Part shown: positions 11,843 through 23,706 of the stretch, in pieces
Layout: each line of letters opens with the position of its first letter
Position numbering within the stretch: position 1 is the stretch's first letter
Source of the DNA: Octopus sinensis
Lineage: Eukaryota
NCBI RefSeq assembly: GCF_006345805.1
Contig: NC_043000.1
Location: 147,064,001 to 147,128,000, forward strand
Reading direction: 5' to 3'
Length of the DNA: 64,000 nt
The notes under the pieces: generated by a model
Told to the model about the DNA's origin: nothing
Database searches by the model: none
The model's input: only the letters and a program-made list of their open reading frames with translations
Position numbers and translations under genes: made by a program

Positions 11843-11953
11843 ATACATACCGGAGTAAACACATAAATGTGAAACAAGGTGGAAAAAAGAGTACTCAAAT
11901 ACCAGTGGTAGAGTAATATGCTTTATTTAAAGCAGCAGAATATTCAACAAATC

Positions 11954-11991
11954 CTGTTACTCTGAGTTTCCCGTTGCCGTTCAGCGGACAG
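11954..11991 (-). ncRNA. Inverted partner of the same hammerhead-like motif, more decayed (CCGCTGA core)
   Basis: Minus strand ctgtccgctgaacggcaacgggaaactcagagtaacag. Confidence 0.4.
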
Positions 11992-12008
11992 TTTTTTTCT
12001 AGCAAAAA

Positions 12009-12046
12009 CTGTCCGATGAACGGCAGCGGGAAACTCAGAGTAACAG
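12009..12046 (+). ncRNA. Minimal hammerhead-like motif (CCGAUGA core), GUA site after 12042
   Basis: CTGT - CCGATGA - ACG GCAG CGG - GAA - ACTC A GAGT - A - ACAG. The basal pair of stem II is A-G (mismatched). Confidence 0.5.
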
Positions 12047-12213
12047 GTTTTGTTGAATTTTCTGCTGCTTTAAATAAAATATACATATATATATATAATT
12101 TAAATAATGAGGGTGATAAATTGAATATTAATTTAATATCAATTTAAAACCAGTAGCCTAGCACACAGAAAAATCTGAAAATTCAGAAAAATTGTAATGC
12201 ATGGGTATATTAT

Positions 12214-12387
12214 GGATGACCACTAAGTGGACATCCAATATGCTAGAAGAATAGCACCTACAATTTAACTACAAAGAAAAGAAATGTTCCCTAGAGAAAT
12301 TCAGCAAACAAGAACATTTCTTTTCTTTGTAGTTATATTGTAGGTGATCTTCTTCTAGCATATTGAATGTCCACTTAGTGGTCATCC
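12214..12387. repeat. Inverted repeat (arms ~76 bp, ~22-nt loop)
   Basis: ggatgaccactaagtggacatccaatatgctagaag...gaaatgttc / gaacatttc...ttctagcatattgaatgtccacttagtggtcatcc. Confidence 0.9.
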
Positions 12388-12935
12388 CAGAGTCCTTATC
12401 CCTGCGGCTAAGTAGCCTACTATTTCGGAGTTACATATATTAACCATATCAAGATGCTGGTGTTGGTGATAGGTTATCAACCGGTGGCTACTTCTTATCA
12501 GCACTCAAGTTTCTATTCATATTCTTAACAAGAAGATAAAAATAAAACGTCATAGTTGAATATAATCACCGTGACAAGCTGACATGCCAATGTCAATAAA
12601 GAAATAAGTACCAGTAATATACTGGAATTGATTCAATTGACTGCAGCCGTTACCGGCAAAATTGTCCTTATTGCAACACGGAAGAAACTCTAATTATTTC
12701 TTCTTTCTTCTTTCATTTTCTTTCTATTGTGTTTATTTTATTTGATTTCCTTCTATCGCTTTGACGCCATCTTTTCTTGCTATTACTTTTCACGTTTCTC
12801 TCTCTCTCCTTCTATCTCTCTTCTTTCTCTCAATTTCTTATTCTCTGTCTTCTTATCCTTCTTTCATGTGTATATGTGTGCATATATTTTGTAATTATCT
12901 AACTCACTTTCTCTCTCACACACACACACACTCTC

Positions 12936-12989
<54 letters not shown>

Positions 12990-13103
12990 GTATATATATA
13001 TATGTATATATATATATATACATATATATGTATATATATATATACTCTTATATATGTATATAATATCACATATATATATATATATATATACTATGTATGT
13101 ATG

Positions 13104-13176
<73 letters not shown>

Positions 13177-13861
13177 TGTGCTTCTCTCTCTCTTTCTATC
13201 TACCTATCTTCGTTTCCCTCTCTTTTTCGTATTCGATACTATCCACTGAACAATTTCCAGAAACTCATTACTGAAAGTTCTCCACCAAAAAAGGTTTGAA
13301 TGTGTGGAACAGAGACATTTTCTCCAATACTTGAAAATAATAGTTATTTTCCAGATCTTAACGGTCCATGCAGCCATTACGATACCGGAAACAACATGTC
13401 TAGTTTGGAGAGCTGCCATGCTTATTATTCATGCGACTGATATAACAAGCATTTGTAGTTGGTGTAGTTGTATAGTTGTAACTGTGACTGTGATGATGGT
13501 TGCTTAGATGTTTTATGGTAAAATTCCGTTCCTATGAACATTACACAGAATACTAATACAAAAGGTATTTTATGTCGTAAATCAATCCAAGGACAGTTTT
13601 TACCAACCATTCAAACCTGAGCTCCAACCTACAGAAGTAAGTCTAATAACTTGACAACAGAGTAGGTTTGGGGAAATGAACTCCCGTCAATTATGTTACT
13701 GCATATTCGTTTCTTTACTTTATTTGGTCATATTTCTTCATTCTTTAATTTCATTTCTCCATTTTTTTCTTCAGTCTTTCTTCATCTCTTGAAAATAATG
13801 ATACTTTTTTTTTCATCGTTGCCTTTTCGTTTTGCGACTTACTCTCGATTTCTCAACATCT

Positions 13862-13862
13862 C

Positions 13863-13914
<52 letters not shown>

Positions 13915-14020
13915 GCTTATTATTATTATTATCATCATATCATCATCATCATCATCATCTCATCATTATTATTATTATTATTAATATTATTATTTATTAT
14001 ATATTATTATCATTATTGTT

Positions 14021-14115
<95 letters not shown>

Positions 14116-14161
14116 CATCATCATCATCATCATCATCATCATTATTATTATTATTATTATT

Positions 14162-14196
<35 letters not shown>

Positions 14197-14200
14197 TATT
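13862..14200. repeat. (TAT)n/(CAT)n trinucleotide microsatellite
   Basis: Direct inspection; source of the poly-Y/H/S/L ORFs. Confidence 0.95.
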
Positions 14201-14548
14201 ATTTTTTTTTTTTTTCTAGCATTTGTATTAATATTCGTATTATTACTTACCATTCAGAGCTGAATTACACATAAGCATTATCATGTTCCCTCATCCGCAG
14301 CTTTTGTAACGATAATAAAGAAATTATTATTATTTTTCTCCTACTGTGAATTTGTAAAAGGGTGAGTGACTGTGGCGACGAAATGGTTAGAATGAATGGA
14401 ACTACTCTAAGCATGCGCTTCTAGGTCGTAGAACAGCAAGAATGCGCTTAACCTTGATAGTGAAGGTGACCTTGAATCAATCAAGTACTCTGCATGGTTC
14501 TAGATGATGACCCTCCTGTGTCAATAAGACCTTATCATTGATATGCAA

Positions 14549-14948
14549 TACTCTTTTTACTCTTTTACTTGTTTCAGTCATTTGACTGCGGCCATGCTGG
14601 AGCACCACCTTTAGTCGAGCAAATCGACCCCGGGACTTATTCTTTTGTAAGCCCAGTACTTATTCTATCGGTCTCTTTTGCCGAACCGCTAAGTGACGGG
14701 GACGTAAGCACACCAGCATCGGTTGTCAAGCAATGCTAGGGGGACAAACACAGACACACAAACACATACACACACATACACATATATATATATACATATA
14801 TACGACAGGCTTCTTTCAGTTTCCGTCTACCAAATCCACTCACAAGGCATTGGTCGGCCCGGGGCTATAGCAGAAGACACTTGCCCAAGATGCCACGCAG
14901 TGGGACTAAACCCGGAACCATGTGATTGGTTAGCAAGCTACTTACCAC
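14549..14948 (-). mobile_element. SINE family A, near full length
   Basis: Colinear with 1005-1420. Confidence 0.85.
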
Positions 14949-15129
14949 TACTTTTTTTTTTATTTTGTCCCATCTCTATTCATTCTCCCCACTATCTCAT
15001 CCAATTTCATATCCCTTTCAGCCGATGTCCCTGTGGAAAATAAAAGAAATCATCATCATTAAGATGTCGAACTGGCAGAATCGTTAGCACGCAGGACAAA
15101 ATACTTAACGGCATTTCGTCCGTCTTTAG

Positions 15130-15925
15130 TTCAGTGGGCCCTTTTAAGTCTCCTTTCTGCAGCCATTGCCAGGATCTATTCCAATCAATCACATTTTTAT
15201 TCTTCAAAAAGTGACTGTGCATTTTCTTGTCCTGCCAAATTTTCTTCATCTGCTCTCTCTGGGCTTTCTTAAATTGTGTTGGATCTACGGCTTCGTTCAC
15301 TTTTAAGATTCCCTGCATTTTCACTGCTTCAATCATTCTTCTTTATTCCCCTTCACATACCAAGCCAGGTTATTCTCCTCTTTCTCTACACAACCTTCTC
15401 ACACCCCGTCCTCCTTCTTTTCTCTTTACATACAATCTTGATACATCACTCTTGGAGTGTAGTTCCCTGTTCATTGTCATTAATTTACCTGTTCTTCGGT
15501 CTATCTTTTGTAATTCATGCTTCCTCCAAGATACTATTCCTTCCTCATATCTCATCAAAGCAACCACCCTCGTCTTAATTGCTCTAATCTTATAGCGGCC
15601 ATTTAGCTTCGATCGGAACACAAATCGAGTTCCCCTCAAATACTCTTTCTTGTACATTTCTTTTCATCTTGTGTTCATTCATCTTATCTCTTTCAATGAT
15701 ACCCAGGTACTTATATCCTTCCTCTCCGACTTCCTTTACAGGTTCACCACTTTCCAGCTTGATCCCATGGCTATTACTGATTTTCCCCTTTTCAGAATCA
15801 TTACACCACATTTCTCGATCCCAAATTCCATGCCAATATCTTTGCTAATCATCTGCACAGTTACCATCGTACTCTCGATTTCTTTTTCAGCCTTAGCGAA
15901 TAGCTTTAGGTCATCCATAAACCAC
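15130..15925 (-). pseudogene. R4/Dong-type non-LTR retrotransposon fragment (RT domains 5-7 and thumb), frameshifted
   Basis: WFMDDLKLFAK...DIGMEFGIEKC, GYKYLGI, SKLNG..I.AI, IDRRTGKLMTM...HSKSDVSRLYVKRKEGGRG, WQWLQKGDLK. Confidence 0.85.
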
Positions 15926-15940
15926 ATTATTATTATCATT

Positions 15941-16414
15941 GAGTGAGAGAGCAGTTCATGCCATCAAAGTGACACTGGGGTAAAATATACGAAGCCCAAT
16001 ATACCCATCATGACTACCCGTCTGATAAAGGTACACCAGGCACATGCATCAAACCATATGTGTGCGACATGGTGATCTCATATCAAGATAAACAGCACAT
16101 GACCTTGCAGGTGGGGCCCAGTTAGAATTTTCTTCAGGTTGAGTAGCCCATCCCGCTCAAACGGTCCCTGAATAAGGGTTGTTTAAGGATGTTGAAAGAA
16201 CCACCCATGTTTCCAGAGGTGAACTATTCAAACCCCAAAGAATCCCTCTCAACACATGGCTATGATGCTCCCCCACTACTTCTGCTCGTGATCAGAGATG
16301 CACATATCGTCAGCCACTAAGGGACATGCTCAACTGGTTAAGGTCAAACAACTGACAAGCAAATCTGTGGTATTGAGCAGAATATTTGCTGTAGCCCATC
16401 TTTTATACCAAGAC
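15941..16414 (-). mobile_element. Non-coding ~530-bp element flanked by (TAA)n (family T), 5'-truncated
   Basis: Reverse complement of 57610-58074; TAA-type tracts at both ends. Confidence 0.75.
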
Positions 16415-16439
16415 TATTATTATTATTATTATTATTATA

Positions 16440-16517
<78 letters not shown>

Positions 16518-17070
16518 TGATCTGACCTTGTTGCTTTGTTATTATAAGCCATCTCTTTGTTTCAAGTACACATTATGTTTAGGTGAGTGTTGCTGGAACG
16601 TGTCAGACAATTCTGAAATCCTCTTTCAATTCAATATTAATGTCGAGTGTAACATATGAAGATCACTGTTTTAGCGGAGTGGACACAGGTTGGAATAGGA
16701 CAACGTAAACAATACAAGAGATATTCTTCGTATTTAATTAGACTGTTGTTGTTTTCGTTGTTACTGTTGCTTCTGCTGCTGCTGCTGCTGCTACTGTTGT
16801 TGTTCTTGTTGGGGGTGTTGTTGTTGTTGTTTAGCCGCATGTCGGCTCTAATCGCTGATATAAGATTTAATCAGATTTAATAACAACGACGTTCAAGCAG
16901 TGACCATCAAGTTTTATTATATATCCGGGACTACATTATTCAATGCGCCCTTTTCTACAACAGTTTGATATGATTTATATGAGAAAAATTTGGCTGCTAT
17001 TTCTAGCAGGTCGAGCAAACAAACAGATTTATTTTCCCATTAGCTCGAGATAGCTTGATAATCTACATCA

Positions 17071-17298
17071 TTATTGAAGTTGGCTTTTAACCACACGAGG
17101 ATAGAACACCGTCAATGTTTTACCAAATATAAGTTTATGACTGAATCTTTGAGACGTGGCAGTTATTTCCTGCTTTAACTTAGTCATTGTTTGCTTTAGG
17201 ACTAGACATTTTTCTCTTCTCCTCACACTTTTTTTCGCCATTCTTTCTTTTAACCTATTTGTCTTTGGCACTGTGTGTATTTGTTGTCTGCCTTGCAT
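17071..17298 (-). pseudogene. Possible decayed R4/Dong pre-RT fragment
   Basis: KQTMTKLKQEITATSQR resembles the LKQ.I.A...R motif upstream of RT in this clade; weak. Confidence 0.35.
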
Positions 17299-18907
17299 AT
17301 GACGCTTGTATATTACATCGTATGGATACCTCTTTATTCTTTATTTCATTTAAACTCATTCAACAAAATAATAGTCTCTTTCTAAGAGACAAGATTCTTT
17401 TTCTCTCCTTCCATCATCTTTAATTCTATTTATTTTATTATTGTTTGTTGTTGTCATTGTTGTTGTTGTTGTTGCTGTTGTTTTCATTCTGATGTTTTTT
17501 CTTGTATTTTTTTCTCTCTCTTCCTTTGTCTGATGGCGTCAACTAAAAGATAACTATTTTGTTTCTCAATGAATGAATCTGATTTTGAATATTTCAGCAA
17601 TAACGTTACTGATAGTGGCTGTTTGATGAAAGTTTTATAACTGTTTTTTGATGGTTGTTTTATTGATTGATTTTAAGTATTAATCACTAGTTTGTGTTAG
17701 GATATTAGAAATGATTATATTATTAGTTTCACACACACTGGAATCAAATAACTTTCGCAAAAGGTTAAATTCATGTATTTAATATCTTATTAAAAATTCT
17801 GAGCCTGGACCTTTTCTCCTTCGGAAAATGTTCAAGTACTGCTCCAGTCTTGAACCGTTGATTAAGGTAATTGTTCTTTTATTTATCTTTATTTATTTAC
17901 TTATTTATTATTCTTTTTTTTTTTGCAACATCTCAACGGAAGATAACCAAGCAGCTTTTCATTGAATGAATGTGATTTTGAATGTTTGAGCAATAACATT
18001 ACTTATTGTTAGACGAAAAAGTTTCAAAATGTCTTTTGTGTATTGATTTAGCGTATTAATTACTTTCAGTGATTATGTTATTACTTTCTGATATTTGTAA
18101 CGTACTTATCTCACTCTGCCTCTCTTCCTTTCTTTCTCTCTTCTCTCTTCTCCGTCTTTGTTAGTTGGCATCAACTAAAAGATAACTATAATCTATCTCT
18201 CGTATAATATAAGAGCGAGTGGAGTAAGCTAATAAAATGAGTCCAAGCCAATTGAGTTGATAGGGTATCTATAATGATTATGGTTGGTTTAACGGTTTGT
18301 GTGTCTGGTAGAGAGTTGTGTCCATTTTGTAATGACTTAATCAGGAGAGGAAGAGCCGTGACAATAACAGTATTCAGGGCCTCTGAGATTTTTGAAATGA
18401 AGTGAGAGCGTTACCCTCAAACCGAAGTCCAAGTTCAAATTTGCAATACTTTGAACTTCACTTAAGGCATCTTAGTTGATCGGTGGTGATGTTAACAAGG
18501 GCCTCAAACTGAGTGCCACTCAAGAGCAGTAACAAAGTGCTGCTCAATGAAAGTGAACATGAAACAAATAAGTAGCAAAGTGAGATTCTTAAATACACAA
18601 CTATTCATAAGGTCGTATAATTTCAACAATTGAGGGCAAAATTAATTAATTATTAATCAATTTCACCAAGTGTTCAGTATGCAAAGGGACCATTCAAGGC
18701 GAATTCAAATTATTACATTATATAAAAGGGCTTGGTAAAATAAATTACTTTGCCGCATACTGAACTCATTAGAAATAGCAGCTAAAAAACTTTTTTAAAG
18801 CTATTTCTAATACTTAAAGAAAATCTCTCTCATATATAGTGTTTGCTTAATTCAACTCACAAAAGTTTGGGGGTAAGGACATCGAAAAATCAAATGCTAA
18901 GGTTATT

Positions 18908-18959
18908 TGAGAACGTACGTTTCAAGATTAGTCAAAACAACACTTCTATCATCAGCTCA
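18908..18959 (-). ncRNA. Type I hammerhead ribozyme motif with canonical core, copy 1
   Basis: Minus strand: TGAG - CTGATGA - T AGA...TCT T - GAA - ACG TA CGT (palindrome ACGTACGT) - T - CTCA. Confidence 0.75.
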
Positions 18960-19451
18960 GAAATTCCTTGGTTTGGATTTGGAAACACTGAAAATAAGAA
19001 CATACCCTTTCGAAGATCTGCTCGTAACTAACAGTGCCAACAAATTCAAATAACCAAGCGAAGAATCTCTGTTCTCCCCTTTCCACCAGCGTGGGTTAAA
19101 ATCATCAAACACTATGCTTATTTCGGTAAAATCCGAAGCATTAATCAGAGGGAGATTAATTATAATTTCAACAATTGAGGGCAAAATTAATTAATTATTA
19201 ATCAATTCACCAAGTGTTCAGTATGCAAAGGGACCATTCAAGGCGAATTCAAATTATTACATTATATAAAAGGGCTTGGTAAAATAAATTACTTTGCCGC
19301 ATACTGAACTCATTAGAAATAGCAGCTAAAAAACTTTTTTAAAGCTATTTCTAATACTTAAAGAAAATCTCTCTCATATATAGTGTTTGCTTAATTCAAC
19401 TCACAAAAGTTTGGGGGTAAGGACATCGAAAAATCAAATGCTAAGGTTATT

Positions 19452-19503
19452 TGAGAACGTACGTTTCAAGATTAGTCAAAACAACACTTCTATCATCAGC
19501 TCA
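19452..19503 (-). ncRNA. Type I hammerhead ribozyme motif, copy 2
   Basis: Identical to copy 1, 544 bp away. Confidence 0.75.
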
Positions 19504-20025
19504 GAAATTCCTTGGTTTGGATTTGGAAACACTGAAAATAAGAACATACCCTTTCGAAGATCTGCTCGTAACTAACAGTGCCACAAATTCAAATAACCAA
19601 GCGAAGAATCTCTGTTCTCCCCTTTCCACCAGCGTGGGTTAAAATCATCAAACACTATGCTTATTTCGGTAAAATCCGAAGCATTAATCAGAGGGAGATT
19701 AATTATAATTTCAACAATTGAGGGCAAAATTAATTAATTATTAATCAATTTCACCAAGTGTTCAGTATGCAAAGGGACCATTCAAGGCGAATAATTAATT
19801 TTGCCCTCAATTGTTGAAATTATAATTAATCTCCCTCTGATTAATGCTTCGGATTTTACCGAAATAAGCATAGTGTTTGATGATTTTAACCCACGCTGGT
19901 GGAAAGGGGAGAACAGAGATTCTTCGCTTGCTTATTTGAATTTGTTGGCACTGTTAGTTACGAGCAGATCTTCGAAAGGGTATGTTCTTATTTTCAGTGT
20001 TTCCAAATCCAAACCAAGGAATTTC

Positions 20026-20077
20026 TGAGCTGATGATAGAAGTGTTGTTTTGACTAATCTTGAAACGTACGTTCTCA
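20026..20077 (+). ncRNA. Type I hammerhead ribozyme motif, copy 3 (inverted unit), GUU site after 20073
   Basis: tgagctgatgatagaagtgttgttttgactaatcttgaaacgtacgttctca. Confidence 0.75.
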
Positions 20078-20270
20078 AATAACCTTAGCATTTGATTTTT
20101 CGATGTCCTTACCCCCAAACTTTTGTGAGTTGAATTAAGCAAACACTATATATGAGAGAGATTTTCTTTAAGTATTAGAAATAGCTTTAAAAAAGTTTTT
20201 TAGCTGCTATTTCTAATGAGTTCAGTATGCGGCAAAGTAATTTATTTTACATAAGGTCGTATATATATAT

Positions 20271-20506
20271 ACCTATTTCTTTATTGCCCACAGGGGGCTA
20301 AACATAGAGGGGACAAACAAAGACAGACATAGGTATTAAGTCGATTATATCGACCCCGGTACGTAACTGGTACTTAATTTATCGACCCCGAAAGGATGAA
20401 AGGTAAAGTCGACCTCGGCGGAATTTGAACTCAGAACGTAGCGGCAGACGAAATACCGCTAAGCATTTCGCCCGGCGTGCTAACGATTCTGCCAGCTCGC
20501 CGCCTT
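20271..20506 (-). mobile_element. SINE family B, full monomer
   Basis: Head aaggcggcgagctggcagaatcgttagcacgccgggcgaaatg; tail ...aataaagaaataggt. Confidence 0.85.
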
Positions 20507-20977
20507 ATGATATACTTTAGCGTACACATCATAGGCAAAGGGATCTTAGGTAGATAAAGCCCGCTGTTGTAAAATCAACAAGGCTAATATATAATTAAAA
20601 ATAGTCTCATTAGCTTGATGAATTCATTTTAGCTTCTGTCCCTGAAACATAACTGGCACTCACGCAAGTGATTTTCTTTAACCTGCTTCAATTAATACTT
20701 GTTCTAAAGTAAATTCTAGATGCCTAGAACGAACGCAACTTCGATTTCTGAATATAACAAATGACACTATAATCTGGAAAGAACCAGTATCTATTGGTCG
20801 ACTTTCCCTCGTGGCAGAACACAGTGACGGGGACCTCGTTGAATGTTATTGTATATGCTCCGTTTCACGCATAAATTTACGACGAGACCGAGTTCTACAA
20901 ACATTAATGGATTTAGAAATATTATGTTCCAAACTAAAAATGAAAAAAGAAACAAATAAGAAAACACTAAAATCATA

Positions 20978-21370
20978 GTGGCTGTGTTGTGTGGTAAGTA
21001 GCTTGCTTACCAACCACATGGTTCCGGGTTCAGTCCCACTGCGTAGCACCTTGGGTAAGTGTCTTCTACTATAGCCTTGAGCCGACCAAAGCCTTGTGAG
21101 GTAGACGGAAACTGAAAGAAGCCCGTCGTATATATATATATATATGCGTGTGTGTGTTTGTGTGTGTGTCTGTCTGTCTGTGTTTGTCCCCCAACATCGC
21201 TTGATAATCGATGCTGGTGTGTTTATGTCCCCGTCACTTAGCGGTTCGGTAAGAGAGACCGATAGAATAAGTACTAGGCTTACAAAGAATAAGTCCTGGG
21301 GTCGATTTGCTCGACTAAAGGCGGTGCTCCAGCATGGCCGCAGTCAAATGACTGAAGCAAGTAAAAGAAA
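20978..21370 (+). mobile_element. SINE family A
   Basis: gtggctgtg...ggttcagtcccactgcgtagcaccttggg...gcagtcaaatgactgaagcaagtaaaag. Confidence 0.85.
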
Positions 21371-21604
21371 AGAAGAAAAGAATACTTGGATAAAGTTGTC
21401 TTCAATATAACATATTTAAAAGAAAAGCTGCTCCTATACCCGAAAACTTATACACACGCGCGCACGCATGATAATTGCCTCATCTTGTCAAATGATAGCC
21501 GTCTCACATTACAATTGGGAGACGTTTGTACATCATAGGATTTAAGTGACAAAAGCATGTACAACACTTGGCCATTCTCCCGGTTACCATAGTAAGTACC
21601 AGTT

Positions 21605-22017
21605 AAGGCGGCGAGCTGGCAGAAACGTTAGCGTGCCGGGCGAAATGCTTAGCGGTATTTCGTCTGCCGTTACGTTCTGAGTTCAAATTCCGCCGAGGTC
21701 GACTTTGCCTTTCATCCTTTCGGAGTCGATAAATTAAGTACTAGTTACGCACTGGGGTCGATGTAATCGACTTAATCCCTTTCTCTGTCCTTGTTTGTCC
21801 ACTCTATGTTTAGCCCCTTGTGGGTAGTAAAGAAATAGGTATTTCGTCTGTTTTTACGTTCTGAGTTCAAATTCCGCCGAGGTCGACTTTGCCTTTCATC
21901 CTTTCGGAGTCGATAAATTAAGTACCAGTTACGCACTGGGGTCGATGTAATCGACTTAATCCGTTTGTCTGTCCTTGTTTGTCCACTCTATGTTAGCCCC
22001 TTGTGGGTAGTAAAGAA
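21605..22017 (+). mobile_element. SINE family B dimer
   Basis: Full head, then a restart at aaagaaata|ggtatttcgtctg (~21840). Confidence 0.85.
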
Positions 22018-22061
22018 TTTATAGTAAGTTCTAGTTACAAACATTGCAAGTTTTATACTAG

Positions 22062-22300
22062 AGTATTTCCCTCCTAGAAGTTCTGCCTTCCCCACAACTT
22101 CATCAAAAATAGCGGGTGGGGGGGCCTCCTCTACCCCGGGGAAATCAATTTAGCCCATAGATTGAACCCTGACAATTACTACCGTTCCTAGTCAGAACGA
22201 CCTGGGAGTAATGGCGATTAAGGGATAACTCGAACTGGAGCATCACCGCTGGATGCAGTTTAATGTCATACCCATGACACACATATACGCACGCACATAT
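22062..22300 (-). mobile_element. SINE-like family D
   Basis: Shares ctgccttccc...acttcatcaaaaatagcggg...cctcctctacc...tttagccc with 39480-39560. Confidence 0.55.
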
Positions 22301-23444
22301 GTTTATGTGGGAGTGTGTATGGATGTGGGTGGAACAGCGTTTTTTAAACATGAATTCAAAACACGACTGTGTTTTAGCTTTATCATTTGGTCAAACAATA
22401 AATATATCAGACAATTTATGTATTAAAATACATGAACAGTGAATAAATTAGATGTGTCACATGCGTACAAACAACGAAATAATTGTTCATGTTCTGAAAA
22501 ATCTCAGTAAATAAATAAAATGCAAAATGCACTACACCAAATCATAAACTAACAAGCATTTATATACTACAAAGACACCAACATTAAAATATTCTCTGAT
22601 CTATAACGAAACATCAACAACAAAACATAAGCTTACTTACAAGCTTACTATTGATCAATCAGAAACATGAATTCGTTTACCAGCAGAGAAGTGATAGACT
22701 TTACAACACTTCAACTACAATATTGGCCGCACAATTAAGTCATTCTCCTGAAGGCTCAACTTGCATTTATAACAAAGATCACACGCAATATACTACATCA
22801 CACTACTTGAAATAGTAAACAATGTATCTATTTTTTACAGAATTCTCCACAAAAGTAGGCAATTAATGATGGAAATAATACCCATAGCACAGTCCAATGC
22901 TAAAATAAACATAGAAAGCGCACAATAATCACAAATGAAATAAACACTTCACAATAGATCTATAAGATTAACTATCTAAATTTCAAATTCCAATTCTTCT
23001 GTCTACACCAATCACCTTCGCCTTGCTTACTATGAAGAAGCAGCAGCGCTCAAGCATTACTTCATTTAAAAGATGAGAGTGTGGAGGTCTGGAATCGTTG
23101 AGGATGGATTTGGAAACTTTACTGTCCCATACAAAGCTAAAATGACTCATACGAAAATAGTCATACGATAAAGTTATATAAAGCGACAATTAGGACACAT
23201 CCTTTTATTGCATGTAATAAGCGCGCACACAGAAGCATACACATACATATATCTGCGTGTGTGTGTGTGTGCGTGGTACATGCAAAGTATCAAAAGAGGC
23301 TCGGGGAAGGAAAGTAAGGGTGTTTTACGTTTTGAGCAAAGCTCTTCTTCTGAAACGGGAGACAAAAGTCCAAGAGAAAAGGAAGACTGGTGGGAAATTG
23401 CCAACAATCCACATGTAGTTATATTTTGAAAAAAAATATATTTG

Positions 23445-23649
23445 ATCCCACTTCAGTCATGAATGACCATGGGATTGCACCTAGAAAGTTCATCTCCGAG
23501 GCACGCGTTGTTCATGGAAGTCCGGGTAACGTTGTTCATGGAAGACCAGCAGTCGCCCATGCATACCAGCTTCCCCTCTCCACGTCAGTGATGTAATCCT
23601 AGGGAAAGGCAAAGGCCGATACAAATTGGCTCCAGTGACATCGCAATTC

Positions 23650-23655
<6 letters not shown>
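23445..23655 (-). mobile_element. SINE family C, 3' part
   Basis: Matches 3605-3770 and 25745-25940. Confidence 0.7.

Positions 23656-23706
<51 letters not shown>

Larger units (their letters stand above)
11851..12080. mobile_element. Penelope-like terminal-repeat relic forming a hairpin (arms 11922-11996 and 12004-12078), each arm with a hammerhead-like motif
   Basis: Inverted arms of ~75 bp; flanked by (TA)n; motifs described in the next features. Confidence 0.65.
18620..20249. mobile_element. Young retrozyme/Penelope-like insertion: 2.15 tandem ~544-bp units plus a ~459-bp inverted unit, with a 14-bp TSD
   Basis: Identical pseudo-ORFs at 18843 and 19387 (period 544) are mirrored at 19954-20142. 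Inversion junction at 19790/19791. cataaggtcgtata occurs at 18606-18619 and 20250-20263. Confidence 0.85.

Noticed and set aside
13300-13440. 46-aa small ORF MCGTETFSPILENNSYFPDLNGPCSHYDTGNNMSSLESCHAYYSCD
   Set aside because: Short, with no homology or expression evidence; not distinguishable from chance.
18843-20142. Repeated identical 62-63 aa and 75 aa ORFs
   Set aside because: They arise from the 544-bp repeat, overlap on opposite strands and have no recognisable motif. Useful only for mapping the repeat period.
20682-20978. 98-codon stop-free frame in unique sequence (…CLERTQLRFLNITNDTIIWKEPVSIGRLSLVAEHSDGDLVECY…), possible exon
   Set aside because: No recognised homology and only weak splice sites. 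A few frames of this length are expected by chance in this much AT-rich DNA. RNA-seq or TBLASTN could rescue it.
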